A stretch of 64,000 nt of DNA from the human T2T-CHM13v2.0 reference genome, Homo sapiens (GCF_009914755.1 NC_060935.1); one strand, 5' to 3'; shown: positions 26,727-41,611, numbered from the stretch's first letter. Notes: a model not told the origin generated them from the letters alone. A program made the numbers and translations.

Positions 26727-29700
26727 ATTTCACAGATAAGGAAATAGACTCACAGACATTTGACATCTCACATCACAGCACACAGCAAATAGGTGGGGGC
26801 TGGGAGGTTGTGGGGGCCTACTGGGGTCTGGAGTGCCCCAGCCCCAGGGGAAGCTGCCTGGGCCTCTGGTCAGCACCCTACATAGAGCGCTCCCCACCAT
26901 CCTCACTGGGTTGGCTGAAGATAGAGAGGAGGAGCCAGGGCCTCTGCTTGGGGTGAGATGGGAGATGGGGGAACAAAGGGCAGAGGAGATACTTTCTCCT
27001 CCGGACACTTTTGCTGAACGTGGCAGCCAGGGGCCCTCTGTGGCTTTCGCATCGATGACTTATGACTGGCTGCACAGGTGACCCCTTAGCAAGGCCTTCT
27101 CTCCCCTCTGAGTGGGACACAGACCCCAAGTCTGGCCACCCCTGTATCTGATTCCGGTTTCCCTATCCAAAGAGGCCCAGATGGCCCCTCAGCCTCCTCT
27201 CCTGAATCTCTAACATGCAGCTGAGTCTTGGAGGTCTAGGTACACAGCCAGGGAGATGAGGTGGGCTGCCCCATGTGCTGGCCTTGGTCCCCGACTCTCC
27301 CCACTCCTTGGCCATGTCTCCTTTATCCAGAAGAGGGACCCTGGACCCCAGTCTGTGGAGAGACTCTGACCTCCCCGGATGCTGGCTGCCTGGGCAGAGT
27401 GGAGCAGAGAGCAGGCAGTCCCCAGGGAAGGAGCAGGCAGACCCTGCAGGGCGAGAGCCAACATGGGCGGGGGTGATGACGTGGGCCCTGGAGGTGAGGT
27501 CCCCTGGGGTGCCCACAGAAATGGTCCCCATGTGTTCCTGCTCTCCCAGGTGTATTCTCTACCCTCAAACTGCTGCTTCTTCCCAAACTTCAGAGATCTA
27601 CCCTAGCGTCAGGACAAGGAAGCAGAGTGGCGAGGATTGTTTGGTTTCTTTTTTTTTTTCTTTTTTCTTGGGGGCTGGTTGGGTGAGTTATTTCTCATCT
27701 CCTCATGTCCCCAGGAGTCCTGTGCCCCGGGCCGGTGGGATGTTGACAGCTCCTTTGGTTGTCGAGGCGGCTGGGCTGAGCACATGGCGGCATTGGGAGG
27801 GCCTGCAGGAAGACTCATTTCCTGACTGACTGACAAACAGAGGTGATACAATCTCTCTCATCCCTTCCCCGGGGAGCCCGCTTACAGAGGAGTTCAGCCT
27901 GAGCCATCTCTGCCGTCAAACGCACCTCTCTGTCCCATGGAGATAAACTCATCACACTCGAAGGCAGGCAGGGAGGCCTGGGAGGGCTGTCGAGGCTGGC
28001 GTGTAGGGGGCACCACCACCCACGCACCTGCCCGCCTCTTGGCCCTGCTCTGGGTGCCTGGCGGCTGTCAGGGTGGAGGTCTTACCAAGAGCACTTCTCT
28101 CCTCTCCTCTGTCCTTCACGAAGGTCGTGGGAGGATGGCTGATGGTGGGGCTCCTCGCCCGTACTGGAGGAGTGGAGGGGCAGGTAGGAAGAGGAGGGGG
28201 TGAGCTGTCACCCCGGGAAGGGAGACAGAGACAGACAGCAGCTCAGCGTGCATGGGTCCACATGGCAGGCCCCTCTCTGGTCCTCTCTGGATCCCTAGCT
28301 GAGGGTCCAAGTCTGTCCCCGGGAACTGGACTGAGAGTTGGCCTTTCTGGGCCTCTACTTACCTCAACTGAAACATGAATGGAAAAGTAGGATGGCAACT
28401 TTGAGCTTTTGGGGGTCATGGATCCTTCTGGAATGAATGTGACAAAGGCGACAGACCCCTCCCTGTCCAGAGGCTCACGGTGCATGTGCGGACACGGGCG
28501 TGTGTGCACACAGGCACTTTGGCCTCCTATCTGTGGGTATGCAAAGACCCCCCAAAGGCCCACCACAGTCTCCAGCTCAGTAGTGCTAGACTCCATGGCT
28601 TCTGGTCTTGCCGAACATGTGTGCGCTGTGTGTGTGCAGCAAGACTGCTAAGGAAGCTGGGAGGCCTGGGCTGGCTGGGAGTCTCAGGTTGGCCTGGCCC
28701 AGCCTTGCTTTTGCTGATGGCATATGTGTGTGCACAGGCTGGGGTTGGCATGACTCCAACCCCAGTGTTGACACTGACACTTGCCATCAGGGCTTGTCCC
28801 CTCTTTCTAGCCACAAATCCTTCCAGCCCCCTCACACTCATTCCTGGTGGCCACACTAAATGTCCCACGGGCCATAGATATGCATTTGGGAGGTTGAGGC
28901 AGCTGGGGGCCTGTTGGAGCTGTGCAGGAGGCGGGGCTCTCTGTGGGAGCTAGAGCAAGCTAGCATGGGGGCTGTCACCATCCTGGGTGTGTCCCCGGCC
29001 CCGGCAAGACAGAGCTTGCCTGGGCTCCCCCTGTCTTGCCCTGAATTAGAAGATGACATTGCCGGAGAGACTGGACACTTTGAAAAAGCTCCTTGCTTTC
29101 TGAGCTGAAATCTGTCCTCATCTACATCATCTCTCTAATCTTTTATGAAGGGACAGTAATGGAAATACTGTTAGAGAACGCCTGCTGGGTACCATGTTTT
29201 TGTTTAATTCTTACAGTGACACTACAAGGGAAGCCGACCCGGAGCCCAGGCACAGAGGCAGGGAGGGGCTTGCCTGACACCATTTGGGACAAGAGTCAAA
29301 CCAGGTCCATCTGATCACAGACTAGTGTCGTTAGCCGTGCACTGTCCCAGGAGCTTCTGTGGGGACACCAGGGAATGACTGAGGCCACACTCGGTCACCC
29401 CACAAGCTAGTACCATCACACAGATGCCGACAGGACAGCAGAATGATGGCATCAGACTGAAGCTGGAACATGAAGGCAGAGGCCCAGCACCGTGTGTGCA
29501 TGTGGTGGGGGGTGTGCACACTTGCATACACACACACACACGCATAAGTGCATATCTGCATCTATTCTTGCGTTTGCATATGTGTGTATTGTGTGTGTGC
29601 AAATCTCACTTGAATACTAAAGAAAATGTTAATACCCAATTCTACAACCATATATGGTACTGCAGCTATGCCCCCTTAAGAGGAGGGAGAGAGGGCTGCC

Positions 29701-30992
29701 TGGACAAATTCTGGGGAGGCTTCTGGGAGGAGGGAGTGCTTAGGCAGGGCGTCAGGAATTGGTGAGGATCAGGGCTGCAGCTAAGAGTCTTTTTGTGCAC
29801 GACAGAAAGCGCGTCCAGCAAAGCCCAGCTCAGGGCCCTTCTGGCTTTCATTTCAAGCTTGGGCTTTTTGTTTGGCTAATCCAGATCCTCCTCTTCCTGG
29901 GCCTTGTGTGTGTGCACATGTGGGCAGGGGCTGGGGTGAGGACAGGCGTGCTTCCAAGTTGAATGGAGGTTCCTCCCTTGGGGTGCTGCAGTGGTTGAGG
30001 CTCCCTGCCTGGTCCTGTCCAGACCCTCCTGTCCTCTGACAGCCAGAGAGTCTGCACATCCCTCACTGGTGCAGGACGGCTGGGGCAGGAGGGATGCACG
30101 GAGCTCCAGGAGTGCAGGCTACTGCCCTGACACTTGCCCCACTCACTGTCTGGGCACCCTTAACCAGCTTCCTGCTGTGAGGACCCTGCTGCTCACTGTG
30201 TGTGAGGGTGAGTGTGAGTGAGTGAGAGAGAGAAAGAAAGAGAGAAACGGAAATAGCTTGAGGGCATCTTGGTGTGGGGACCCTGGATGCGAGAAGTGGC
30301 TGACATGGAAGCTGGACGGTGGCCCCCTGCCCTTTCCATCCCTTTCTCTGGTCTGGACTGAGTGAGCGTTGTGTGGGGCCCCCCTTGCTTGGTTGTACCT
30401 CCAGAGGCAGCCTGGACCCAAGAAGGCAGCTCATGCAACCCCAGCCACAAAGCAGGAGGGCCCTTTAACCAGCCTCCCGTGTCCCTGCTCCCCCTCCCCT
30501 CCTACTGATACTCCATAACCTCTGCGTACAGCAAACCGAGGGGACAGGAGGCCTCCCGTGGAGCTGAACTAAATCCCACATGCCACAGCCCAGGAAGGCT
30601 TTTCCTCGGAAGGCACCGAGGCCCCAGGACTAGGAGCAAGATTGCAAGTCTCCTGTCTCCCCCATCTCCTGTGGCTGTGTGGAGGCTGGGCTGGGCTAGC
30701 TTCCCAGCTCAGTGGGTGGCTGAGAGTTACTCAGCTTCATCTCTATGAGCAAACAGCAGTGGCTCAGCAGGGAGGGCAGAGTGGGGCTGGCCCACCCTGA
30801 GCTTGTGTTGCCAAATTTGTTTGTGTTTATTTTGGTTCCTCTGCATGACATGGAAACAAATGTGCTAGGTCCCCCTTGCTCTGTCGGCTCCTCAGTGGGT
30901 GGTGACAAGGGAGCTCAGGCCTACCCCTTTCTTCATAGAGAGATTCCCTCACTTCTGCCCTGTTTCCAGTTCCCTAAGGAAAGGTTGGGGCT

Positions 30993-31289
<297 letters not shown>

Positions 31290-34200
31290 GGTTGGGGCTG
31301 CGGTGCAGGGATGGGGAGAAGCCATGCGGGTGGGGCAGGAGTCAGGAGGCCAGGGTTTCTTGCTAGCTCCCTAGGATTTTGAATAACAGGGGCTCCCATT
31401 TAATAAGCACCTACTAAGTGCTTTGCATTCATTCACTGAGACAGACTTACTATTACAAATACCTACTGTCAAGCTTGGTCCTGGGAGTACAGCAGTAGCA
31501 AAAAAGAAAAAAATCCTTGCTCTCATGAAGTGTATCTTTTATTGACCCTATGATAGACAGGGATTCTCTCCTCATTTTACAGATAAGGAAACTGAGGCTC
31601 AGAAAGATACCTGGTTTACTGGAAATCACTCACCATGGTCCTCTCTGGGCCTTGAACCCTCTTCAGCCTCCGTTTCCTCCCCCTGTAAAAATGAGGAGTC
31701 AGGTGAGAGGAGCTCCTGGCTCCCTTCCACCTCTAATTGTCTATGTGGAGGGGCTGAAATTTGGAGGGAGCATTTTCAAGGGGTACAGATGTGTGCCAGT
31801 GCTTGAAGAAAATGGAGGAAATGGCTTGGCACTGGTTTGGAGTGGGCGTTGAGCCTGGGACACAGCTTAGTGGCTTGTGCTTTTGGGGGCCAGGCCCTAC
31901 TGCTCTGAGAAAGTCCTCTCATCCTTGAATCAACAACAAAATTCTCCCAGAGAAGAGGCTCTACCTTTGTTCTGGCCCCCTGCATTCCATGCTGTGCACC
32001 ACGTCACCCCTTAGCTAGGAGGTCCCAGGCCCCTGGTTCTTAAAGAGAGAAGCTACAGGAAGAATGTCTGCCTGGGCCGTCTCTGCTTCTTATCCCCAGC
32101 CTCCAGCTCCAAATCCAAGGGCCTCTCCTTCCTGAATTGACCTGGTGTGGGGCAACTGGCAGTGAAAGGCCTTGCTTGGAACCCCCATGGGAATGGGTGT
32201 GTTCTGCTCCCAGGGTTCTTCCAGCCCGCAGAGGCATTAAGGACATGTGGGGAGGCCCACACCCTGACTCACTTGCATCCACCGGGCCCACAGCTGAGCA
32301 GTTAATTAGGAGCACAAGGGCTTGGGGAGCTCATAGACATGACTTGGAGGCTGTGGGGAGCCGAGGAGAAAGGTGCGGCTTTTCCACCTGAGGGATGAGA
32401 AGGCTGGGACACTGAGTGGGGTGAGTGTGTGGGGTGGCAGGGGGCCGGCAAAGGGAAGGCTCAGTGCTGCCCTGTTCTGGTGGCCCCAAGGTTAGCACAG
32501 AGCAGATGATCTGAGCTCCACAGTGTCAGGGTCAGACCGGAGCAAGGGCTCCCTGGCTAGAGAGCTCCTCGTGCTGAGCTGGGTGGAGCTGTTCCTGGAA
32601 GGTCTTTAACATTGGCTAAGCCCCGAACACCTGTGGCTATGAAAGCGCAGCTCAGCTGGGGGAAGAGGGCTGGAATTAGTGACCCCTGCTCCTTTCTGAC
32701 CTCAGTTTCCAGGATTTTACCTCAAAACAGCATTGCCCACTTATTAGGAAGGACCAGTATTGGGCAGCTACTCCCATGGTGATGGGGTTCAATGACCTCT
32801 GACTCCCTCCTGTGCAGAGAGGGTCAGAGGGTCATTTCACCCACTCCTCTGCCTCTGCCTCCACTGCCCTCCAAGGCAGCCCAGAAACTCACCCGCTTTT
32901 CCAGAACCGCCCCCCACCCCCAGCCTTGCCACAGCTCTTCTCCTACCAGCTCTTCCATTGGGCAGTTCTTCTTTGGGTCTGCCCTGCAGCAACACCAACT
33001 AGTGGGGAATCCCCTGGTGAGCCCAGCCCTCCCCGCCGTTGGGGGTCTCGGGAAATGTATTGCTTGTGGCAGCGTGTCAGTGGGTTTGGAGTGGCACGGC
33101 TGGGCGGGCCTGACAGCAGAAATTGGAAGCCGGCTGCTGTTTGACAGGTATATTATTCCCGCTGCCCTCGATTTATTTACCAAACAGCATGCGGAGCCCC
33201 AGAAAGCTCCCGGAAAGAAGGAGGGAGTGGAAGTGGAGGGGCTCTGCAAGGGAGGTCAGGTGGCCTCCGTGCTCCAACATTGGCACTGTGTAGGGAAGAG
33301 GAACGGGGAGCCGGGTGGGTGTGGGAGGCTGGGGCCCCCAAGAGAGCTCACCCCAAGTTTCTCCATCTGGCTTAGAGCTGCCTGTGGGACTTTCCTTCCA
33401 GGCCTCAGGAAGAGGGGCTTCCCAAGCATTTTGGGTCCAGGGCCAGGGGTTCTCGGTCAAAGTCAAGTGAGGGGCTATGTCTCAGAGGTGGTTTAGGGCA
33501 GGACCCTGCCATGCCTAGTGCACAGGGAAAGAGATGGAGATGCTGAGGAGGGCAGGGACCCCTCAGCAGGTGCCTGGGAAGAGCAGAGCGGCTATGCGTG
33601 CTGTACAGGTGCAGGTGCCCATGGGCACAGCCAAGGGGTGAGTGAGGTCTGAGCTTGAGCCCATGCTCTGGTTGCCAAGTAGGGCACATGGCACAGAGCT
33701 GTGTTGACCTGAAGAGAATGCCTCTTTCCAGTTGGTACAAACATGCTGTGTAGGCCGGTGACCAGCTATGAGGATAAGCAGAATATTTGAAGCCACACAG
33801 ACAGGCATCCCTGCCCACCTTGGTTCATACAACCCATGGGACCCCGGAAAGGGCCCCCGGCATCTCTGAGCTTTCCTTTCCTCACAGTAAATGATAATAA
33901 CCAAAATGCCACTTCTTGGGGCTATTGAGAGGAATAAATAAGATAATCTGCATAAGAATGCTTTGTAAGCAGTAAAACATATAGCTTTTTAAAGGGCATG
34001 TAAATGAGTATTGAGAAAAGGCAGCGTGAGCATTGCCGCGCGCATTCAGTGCTGGATGGTGTGAGTCACCGGCTGTGAGGCTGGGAATGTCTGAGTGTGT
34101 TTGGCAGGTCAGGTGGGGTGTATGTTGGAACGTGGGTGTGGGACTGTGTCTGCCCAGATGTGGATTTGCTCTGAGTAAGATGAGGAAACTCATCAGAAAA

Positions 34201-36889
34201 GTCCTTGGCTGCTGCGGACGGATCTGAGAGTGTGCGGCTGGTATCTGAGTGTGACCGCAGGCTGGTGTGCACGTGTGTACCAGTGAGGGTGTGAGGATGG
34301 GTGCCTGACTTTGCAATGGGCATGGCGAGATTGTGATTGGGCATTAGGAAGGCACAGGCCCATGGATGCAAGTGAGTCAGGGTGTTGGAGTCAGTGTGCA
34401 AGACCATCTGCAGGGTCAGGGGTGTTTAGTGTGCACATATATGGCATGCACACACGCGCACACATGCACACATGCACAGTGAAAGCAGGCTTGGCAGTGT
34501 CAGCAGTATACCTCCTACCTCTGAACCTGATGCAAAATTCATGGAGCATAGGATTCTAGAAATGCAGAGAAGGAGGGGGAGGCAGGCCCCTCCGGAACAG
34601 TGAGTCACAGGACAGCGAGGGGCTGAATGTAGAATCCCTTCCTCCCCTCATGAGCTCTGAGGCTCAGAGAGGCTGCCTGCCCATCTATTTCTTCCCAGCT
34701 TCTGCTCTGGGGCCTTCCTTGGGATGTCATAATGATCCATATTCTGTAACACATCAACGCTGGAAGTCTAGCTGCCCTTGGCCAGCGCAGATGCTGGGGA
34801 GTGGAGGCAGGGGAGAGAGGGAAGCATTGGGACCCCCCAATGGTCCCAATTCATACAGGCCTCTGGGCCCCATCAGATGAGCAGGTGATGGTACCAGGGC
34901 AGTGAGGCACCAAGGCATCTCTGGAATAGTGAGTCCCCCATGGTCTGGGGATCACAGTGGTAATTGGGGAGCAGCACCTTGAGTTGGGCAGTTTCCAGGG
35001 ACCTCAGACAAACCTCTGTAGGCTCAGCACCTTCTTCTCTATGGTGGTCAGGCTGGAACGGAGACTCGGTGGAAGGTTCATCTATACCTGCCATTGGCCA
35101 CTTTCCTATGATGGGGCAGGGCTCCTGGGCCTGACAGGGCAGGAGGACTTCCGGCCCCACACCCCATCCTTGCTCTAATGCTGGCATCCAGTCTCTGACT
35201 GTGGATCTGGCTGGGTTGTGGGGTGGGGCTGGAAGGGCTCCAAGATGAGCCAGGCGTGCTGACCCCCTTGGAGGAAGGCGCTGCAGAGGCCAGCAGGGGC
35301 ACGCAGCACACCAGCTGGGAAGGAGACAGGAGCCCAGAGGGGCAGGGGCCCTGTCACGTCCATTTACACTCCATGTGCTGGAACTCGGCCCTCTAGGGAA
35401 GAGGAATGTGATGCCAGAGAGGCTGGGGGACATCTGTCTCCCCAGTTCAGGCCAAGACACACTCACTCATTGCTTGAAGCCCCATGGCCCTGTTCCTCCT
35501 GGGTCTCTAGACCCAATGGTTCCCTGTGTCCTCTCCCTCTGCCTGGCTGCTTGGCCATAGAGGCCATCTGCAAGCTTCCTGTTGGGCTCGGCCTGGGCAG
35601 TGCTGTATTTGTGTCTCTCCTGCCTGTCTCTGAACCAGCCTGCCTTCCCCCACCTCTGTCGCTGCCTTTCCCTCTGTTTCTCAGCCTTCATCCCTGCCTC
35701 TCTGTCCCTGCCCTCATCCTCCCCTCTCTTCTCTCTTCCCCTCCCCTTTCCTTTCTCCCTCCTTTTCTAATCTTGTCTCTCTCTGAACCTGAAGTGCTTT
35801 GGCATTAAATCCCATTCCCCATCCTCTCTTTAGATCCTCCCTGTGCCTCGGAAGGGTGGTAAATAAAGCGAGAGAGAGGCCGGGGAGCCAAGAGCCTTAA
35901 ATGCTCCTCTCTGCACTGCCTGCAGCCCTTGTCTCCTGATGGGGACGTCACAGCCCCAGAGAAAAAGGGGCTCCTGGGCCTCATGCCATCGTGTGCACAG
36001 GCACACACATGCACACACACGCCATGCTTTTGTGAGGAGGGGGAGGAGGCCTTCAAGTGGGAAAGAAAAGAAATCAAAGCACTCCCGGTGCTTCGTTTAC
36101 ATCAGGCTCTAAGTAGGTGGAGGGGAAGCAGAGGAGGGAGGAGCTGGGGGCAATAGGTCACACACGTGGCAGGAGGACTCAGCAGGGCAGGCACCTCGAG
36201 AGATCAGCCCCCAAGCTCCTGATCCTGAGGCTGTCAGCCTGAGATGGAGGGGTTGGGACCAGACGGGCTGACCTGAGCACTGCCCGCGCCAGCCCCCAGA
36301 CCCCTTAGCTGAGAGCTCAGAACCCTTCAGAACAGGCCCTGCCTTCCTCATCACTCCTGCCGTCCCCAGCCTGTATGCATGCCCCGTCTATGCGCCTGTC
36401 TTTTTATTGCACCTCACTGACATAGGATGCAGAGTTTCTAAAAACCCAAAATACACAAATAAACCTCCCCCGACCAAACACACACAGCTTGGGAGTCGGA
36501 CAGCCAGGTTGGACCTGGGATGGGCTGCCATAAGCATACCTGGGCAGCCCGGTGGACAGCTCCACTCCCCTCTTTGTTTCTGGCCACCCAGCCATCTTCC
36601 CTTTGGGAAGTCAGCTCTCTGGCTGTCCCTTTTCCCATCCTGTCCTAGCCTTTTCTCAGCTGTGTTGGCCCTACTTTCCTGTTCCAGGGAGCAGGGGAGG
36701 TGCTTGACCCAGCCTGGCCAATGAGAGCTTTCATCGCCTGGACATGCAGATTGGTCCAGAGTCAGGGAAGTCAGCTTTAGAACATTTGCTGGGAATTTGG
36801 GGAAGGGGCTCTCTTTCCCCTGGCATTGCTAAACTGGTGGAAATATACCTGAAGCTGCTTTTTCACCACTCAGGAATACTCTTCCTGAG

Positions 36890-37107
36890 AATAAAGCCAG
36901 CACAGGACAGCAGGGCGAAGCAATAGAGAAAACAGATACTCAGTAACCTTGATCGAATGAATGCCTGGATACAACCATGTCTGAAACAATAAAACCATAT
37001 TGTTTTCCTGGACTGCTCACTTATGAGAGCCAATTACTTTTTTCTTCTTGCTGAAGCCAGTTTGACTTGGGTTTCTGTCTCTTGCAAAGTAAGGGGTTAA
37101 CTAATAT
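36890..37107 (+). mobile_element. Old MLT1 (J/K-like) LTR 3' fragment
   Basis: cctggatacaaccatgtctgaa...tgagagccaat...aagccagtttgacttgggtttctgtctcttgcaa. Confidence 0.55.
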
Positions 37108-38524
37108 AGAGAGGCAACTAAATTTCTTTGAACTTGAGTTTTCTCATCTGTAAAATTATCTCCCTTATGAATTCTAAAAGGACCGACTGAAGGCACTGAA
37201 GGATGCCTCGCAGGCCTGCTGTAAGGAGCACAGATTACTTTTGTGCAAAGCCTTTGGCCATTTCTATCTCACATGATCCTTTCACGAACTCTGGTAAGGT
37301 CTTAGGACTGTGATCATGCTGTCCCACTTTCAGAGGAAGAACCTCGGGGTCAGGATTGTTATAGGTGCCAGGGAACTTCTGTTAACCCCCAGATCCATGG
37401 CCATCCTCTGTCCCTGGTCTCTGCCCCAGGGAGCTGATCTGCTAGGACTGAGTCCACCAGACCCTGTGTCTCTGGATTCCCACTGGGTTCTGCCAATGGG
37501 AAGCCCCAGCAGGGGATCCAAAGGTTGGAGGAGAAGTCAAAGCATTTCTTCCCCCATATCCCTCTCCTGTGGTCACCTCAGGCTGGCCAGGTCCATTGAC
37601 TGGAGGTCAGTGCTACTCACGTGGTGGCCTCTCTTTCTGGGTTCTGGTAACCACTCCCTTCCTTCGGACCTTGAGGTGTTAACAGCCCTGCTTCTGCCTA
37701 CACCCTGCCAACACATTTATAAAATGTCGTGTATTAAACTCTTCCTGATTGTGAGCCATTGATATCCCTCGGAGACTGACTGACATTGGGTCGCCCAATG
37801 TCATCAGCTATTTGAATTCAAGTATGTAGGTTTTGTATCCTGTGTTTTTTGAACTCCCCGGCATTACCCACTGCTCCTGGGACCTCTCACAGTCCCATCT
37901 TCCGCTAAGGCCCAGGTGAGCCACACTCTCTCCCTGAAGCTTTCCCAAGTCCCCATCCTCCTGCCTCGTCCTTGTCCAAACCATCCTCTCCCGTCCCTCT
38001 TTCCCTCTGTACTCTGTTCATATCTCTATCTATGGGTGTGGGTGCCTGCCAGATGCCTGTCTAATCTTCCCCAGGTGCAGGGGCCATGAGTCATTCCATC
38101 TGTCTCTCCAGTGCCCAGCACCATTTCCCTCAGCCTCTCAGTGCCCAGTCTAGGAGCTGGCACATAGTAGATGCTCAATCTACCATGAGCATCTATTCAT
38201 AGTAGATGAGTTGGCTGAATTCAATAATAGAACCTAGAGTCACTCTCTGTGATGGGGCCACAGGAGCCTCTGCATTAGTGGTGGTCTCTGCCCAGAACAC
38301 CTTTCCTTCCTGTGGCTGCCCAGGGAACCCCTCCTCATCCTTCAAAACTCAGCTCAAGCAATCCCTCCTCTGGGAAGTCTTTCCTCACTCAGAGGTCTGG
38401 CACCAGTGGTGCATTGTATGGTTCTCCAGCTACTCTTGCCTGGCTCTCTCCTGTGTGTCCAGGCACCCCAAGAGCAGGCTAACTCACATCAGAGCTTCAC
38501 ACGGCACTGACGTGAGTTAGCCCT

Positions 38525-38648
38525 GCTCAATTCATGTCACCGCTTCTTTGCTAGGGGAGCGGTGTGGCTCGTGGAAAAGTGGCATGTGGATCTGGCCACA
38601 ACTCTGACCAGAAGTCTGACCTCGCCTGACCTTTCTGAGCCTCAGTTT
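38525..38648 (+). repeat. 124-bp local duplication, copy A (MIR-derived)
   Basis: Ungapped match to 41612-41735 with 16 differences (~87% identity). Confidence 0.9.
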
Positions 38649-40759
38649 GCAGGTATTGCCTAACACTGTGCTTGGTGCATGAGGGTGATCAGTGGATGGT
38701 CACACAATGAACAGCTGTGGCCATTTCTTTTACTTAAAAAGATCTCCTTGTCAGGGTATATGGCAACCCCTAATGTATCCATCTGTGGTAGCTCCTGCTT
38801 GAATGCTGGGCTCACTGGGAAGTGGTCTGCCATGATAGTGTGGCCTTGGAGAGCAGCCAGCATTTCCCCTAAGAGCAGGAGACACTGCTCTTGTATCCAA
38901 AAAGGAAGGTCTGGGACAGATAATTGGAACAAGGAAGTCCCACTTGATGAGTAAGACTGACAGCTTGGCCTGCCTCTGCAGGTGCTTGGGTATCTGGAAG
39001 GTGTTCCTTGATGGCAGGGGTGGAGCTGGCGCCTGCCTTGTGAATGGCCCTAAGAGCCACCACTAATTGAGCGTGTCATGTGTGAGCCCTGTGCTTGGGG
39101 TTTAGCTCTCATGGCACTGTTATGAGTAAGTATTTTTGTCTCCACTTTCCAGAGGAGGAACTGCATTTTAGAGTGATGAAGTAGCTTACTGAGAGCCAGG
39201 GTCCAAATTCCAGCCTGGCTCTAATGCTTATGACCACAGCTGAAGTGGAAACAGAGGAGACCAGAGGGGGAGACCCTGTAGGCACCCCCAGCCCCGACAA
39301 TGAGCCACTGTGGTTTGTAAATCCAATCACCTGGCTACCTGTGGTTCAGTTGTGAGTTTGTCTATGGGCCCCTGTGTGGCTGAGCTATAGGGACCCAATG
39401 GGAGGCTCATGTGGCTGGGCGTGGGCCAGAGTTACAGTGAAGCAGGCCCAGCGTGAAGCCTGAGTGTGGGTCAGCTACAGACCCCAAGGGGAATGTGAGA
39501 CTGGGGCACAGAGCTGTGATCTCTTCTCCCCCCAGGGCCAGGTGGCACAGGGCTAGTGGCCCCGGCGCCCATGTGGTCCTTCTTTCCTCACAATGCACAG
39601 CCTCGTGCAGGGCTGGGCTGGAAAGGGAAGACCCTCAGAGCATGTGGGCTCAGTGTGGAGCTGTAGACCTGACCTGAAATGTTCTAATCACAGAAAAACC
39701 ACACCTTGGACCCCACCAGCCCTCCCGGCCCCCTGCCCTGGTAGCACTAGAGAAATGCCAACACATGCCCGCATGAAGTACAATGAGGGCAAATGGCCTG
39801 TTCTTTGCTCCCAGATCCATGTCAAACTATACAATTATAAACCAAACGAAAGTACATTTCTAAATGATGTGCTATTTTAGTTCTTCTGTTCCACATTGAG
39901 CTCCAAGTTGGTTCTGGAGGAGGGAGGAGTAATGAAGAAGTCCAGGGCTGGGGAGGCAGAGGCTGGGGCTGTGCCTTGGGTTCCCATCCACGTGCTCCCC
40001 TAAGACCCTGCAAAAGCACCTTGGGCAGCACAGAAGCATCTCCCTCTCTCCTGGGTAGCCCAAGGGAGAGGCTCTGCATCCCATGGGTAATGCAGTATCG
40101 ACAACTTGCTTCTCTCTTCTCAACAACCAGCTCAGTGCATAACCGATCAATCTGCGATCACAGCTGCTTTCCAGCCTTAACACCATCGCCAGCACTCAAG
40201 GGCTGGTGTGAGGATGGTGGCGCCTGTTTTCCCACCTGCCTTCCACGACGAGAGCTAAAAGTGGGAGAAGGTGGAGCTGGGAGCAGTTGAGCTATCCAGG
40301 GGTGCTCCAGATCCACTGGGTAAGAATCTCAGTAGGGGCACCCGGGTGTTTGAATGGTTCACAAAGCTTCTGGGTGATTCTAATGAAATGCATGGGTATG
40401 ACAGGTGGGGAAATTGAGGTTCTGAGAGAAGCAAACTGCCAAAGCCCCTGAGCTCAGTGGTGGGCCATTACATGAGTGATGGGGATTAGGTGGATTCCTG
40501 GAGGAAGGGTACTTGAGCAGGGATTGCAGGTAGGGAGAGGGGAGGCTTGCAGAGGGAGAGGGCAGGGTGTTCCTGCAGGGAGAAGGTCCGGAGTGAAGGC
40601 TTTGAAGTGGAACTGAGCACATTTAATTCTCTTCTGGAGAGGAACTGAATCCATGGAGAGAAAGATGCCCCAGTACCATCCTTGGTTTGTGCTCCAGAGA
40701 GGAGCAGAGAGGCTGAGGGAAGCTGCCACTCTGTTATGCCAAGTTCAGGAGGGCTTCCT

Positions 40760-40800
40760 GGAGGAGGAGGAGGAGGAGGAGGAGGAGGAGGAGGAGGAGG
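40760..40800 (+). repeat. (GAG/GGA)13 trinucleotide repeat
   Basis: Uninterrupted repeat, seen directly. Confidence 0.97.
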
Positions 40801-40968
40801 GTAGATTTCAGGGGCTGGATGAATGGCAGACAAGGTGCAGAGCAGCAGGCAGATGGGAAGCAGCAGTTTAGTCTAAGGAGAGGCCACTGGGGGTTGGGTT
40901 TGGCATAAAAGCATCAGGAGTCAGCAGATATTCCCAGGAGTTCTGGTTCTGCCATCGTCAGCTACTTA

Positions 40969-41354
<386 letters not shown>

Positions 41355-41611
41355 TCAGGGTGAGTGTGAAGAGAAAATGAGACAGTGTAGGTGAAACTGC
41401 TCTTGAACTGGCAATTGTCATGTAAACATAAGGGGCTTGGGTCCGGAGTCCCACAGATAAGGATTTGAATCCCGGTCCTGCCTCTTCCTAGCTGTACAAC
41501 CTGCAGACAAGTTACTGAAGTGTTGTCATCTGTAGCATGAGGATAATGAGCCTCTGCATCACAAGATAAATATGTGTGTTCAGTGAGAGAAAGTGTCCCT
41601 GGCACTTAGCA

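Noticed and set aside
32792-33496. 234-aa + strand ORF (also the 206-aa ORF at 18373 and the 197-aa ORF at 34873)
   Set aside because: No recognisable domain, composition typical of GC-rich non-coding DNA, and no exon structure; lengths are compatible with chance.
40012-40032. RE1-like aaaagcaccttgggcagcaca (also ~36543 and ~47283)
   Set aside because: Mismatches at invariant core positions or wrong spacer length.
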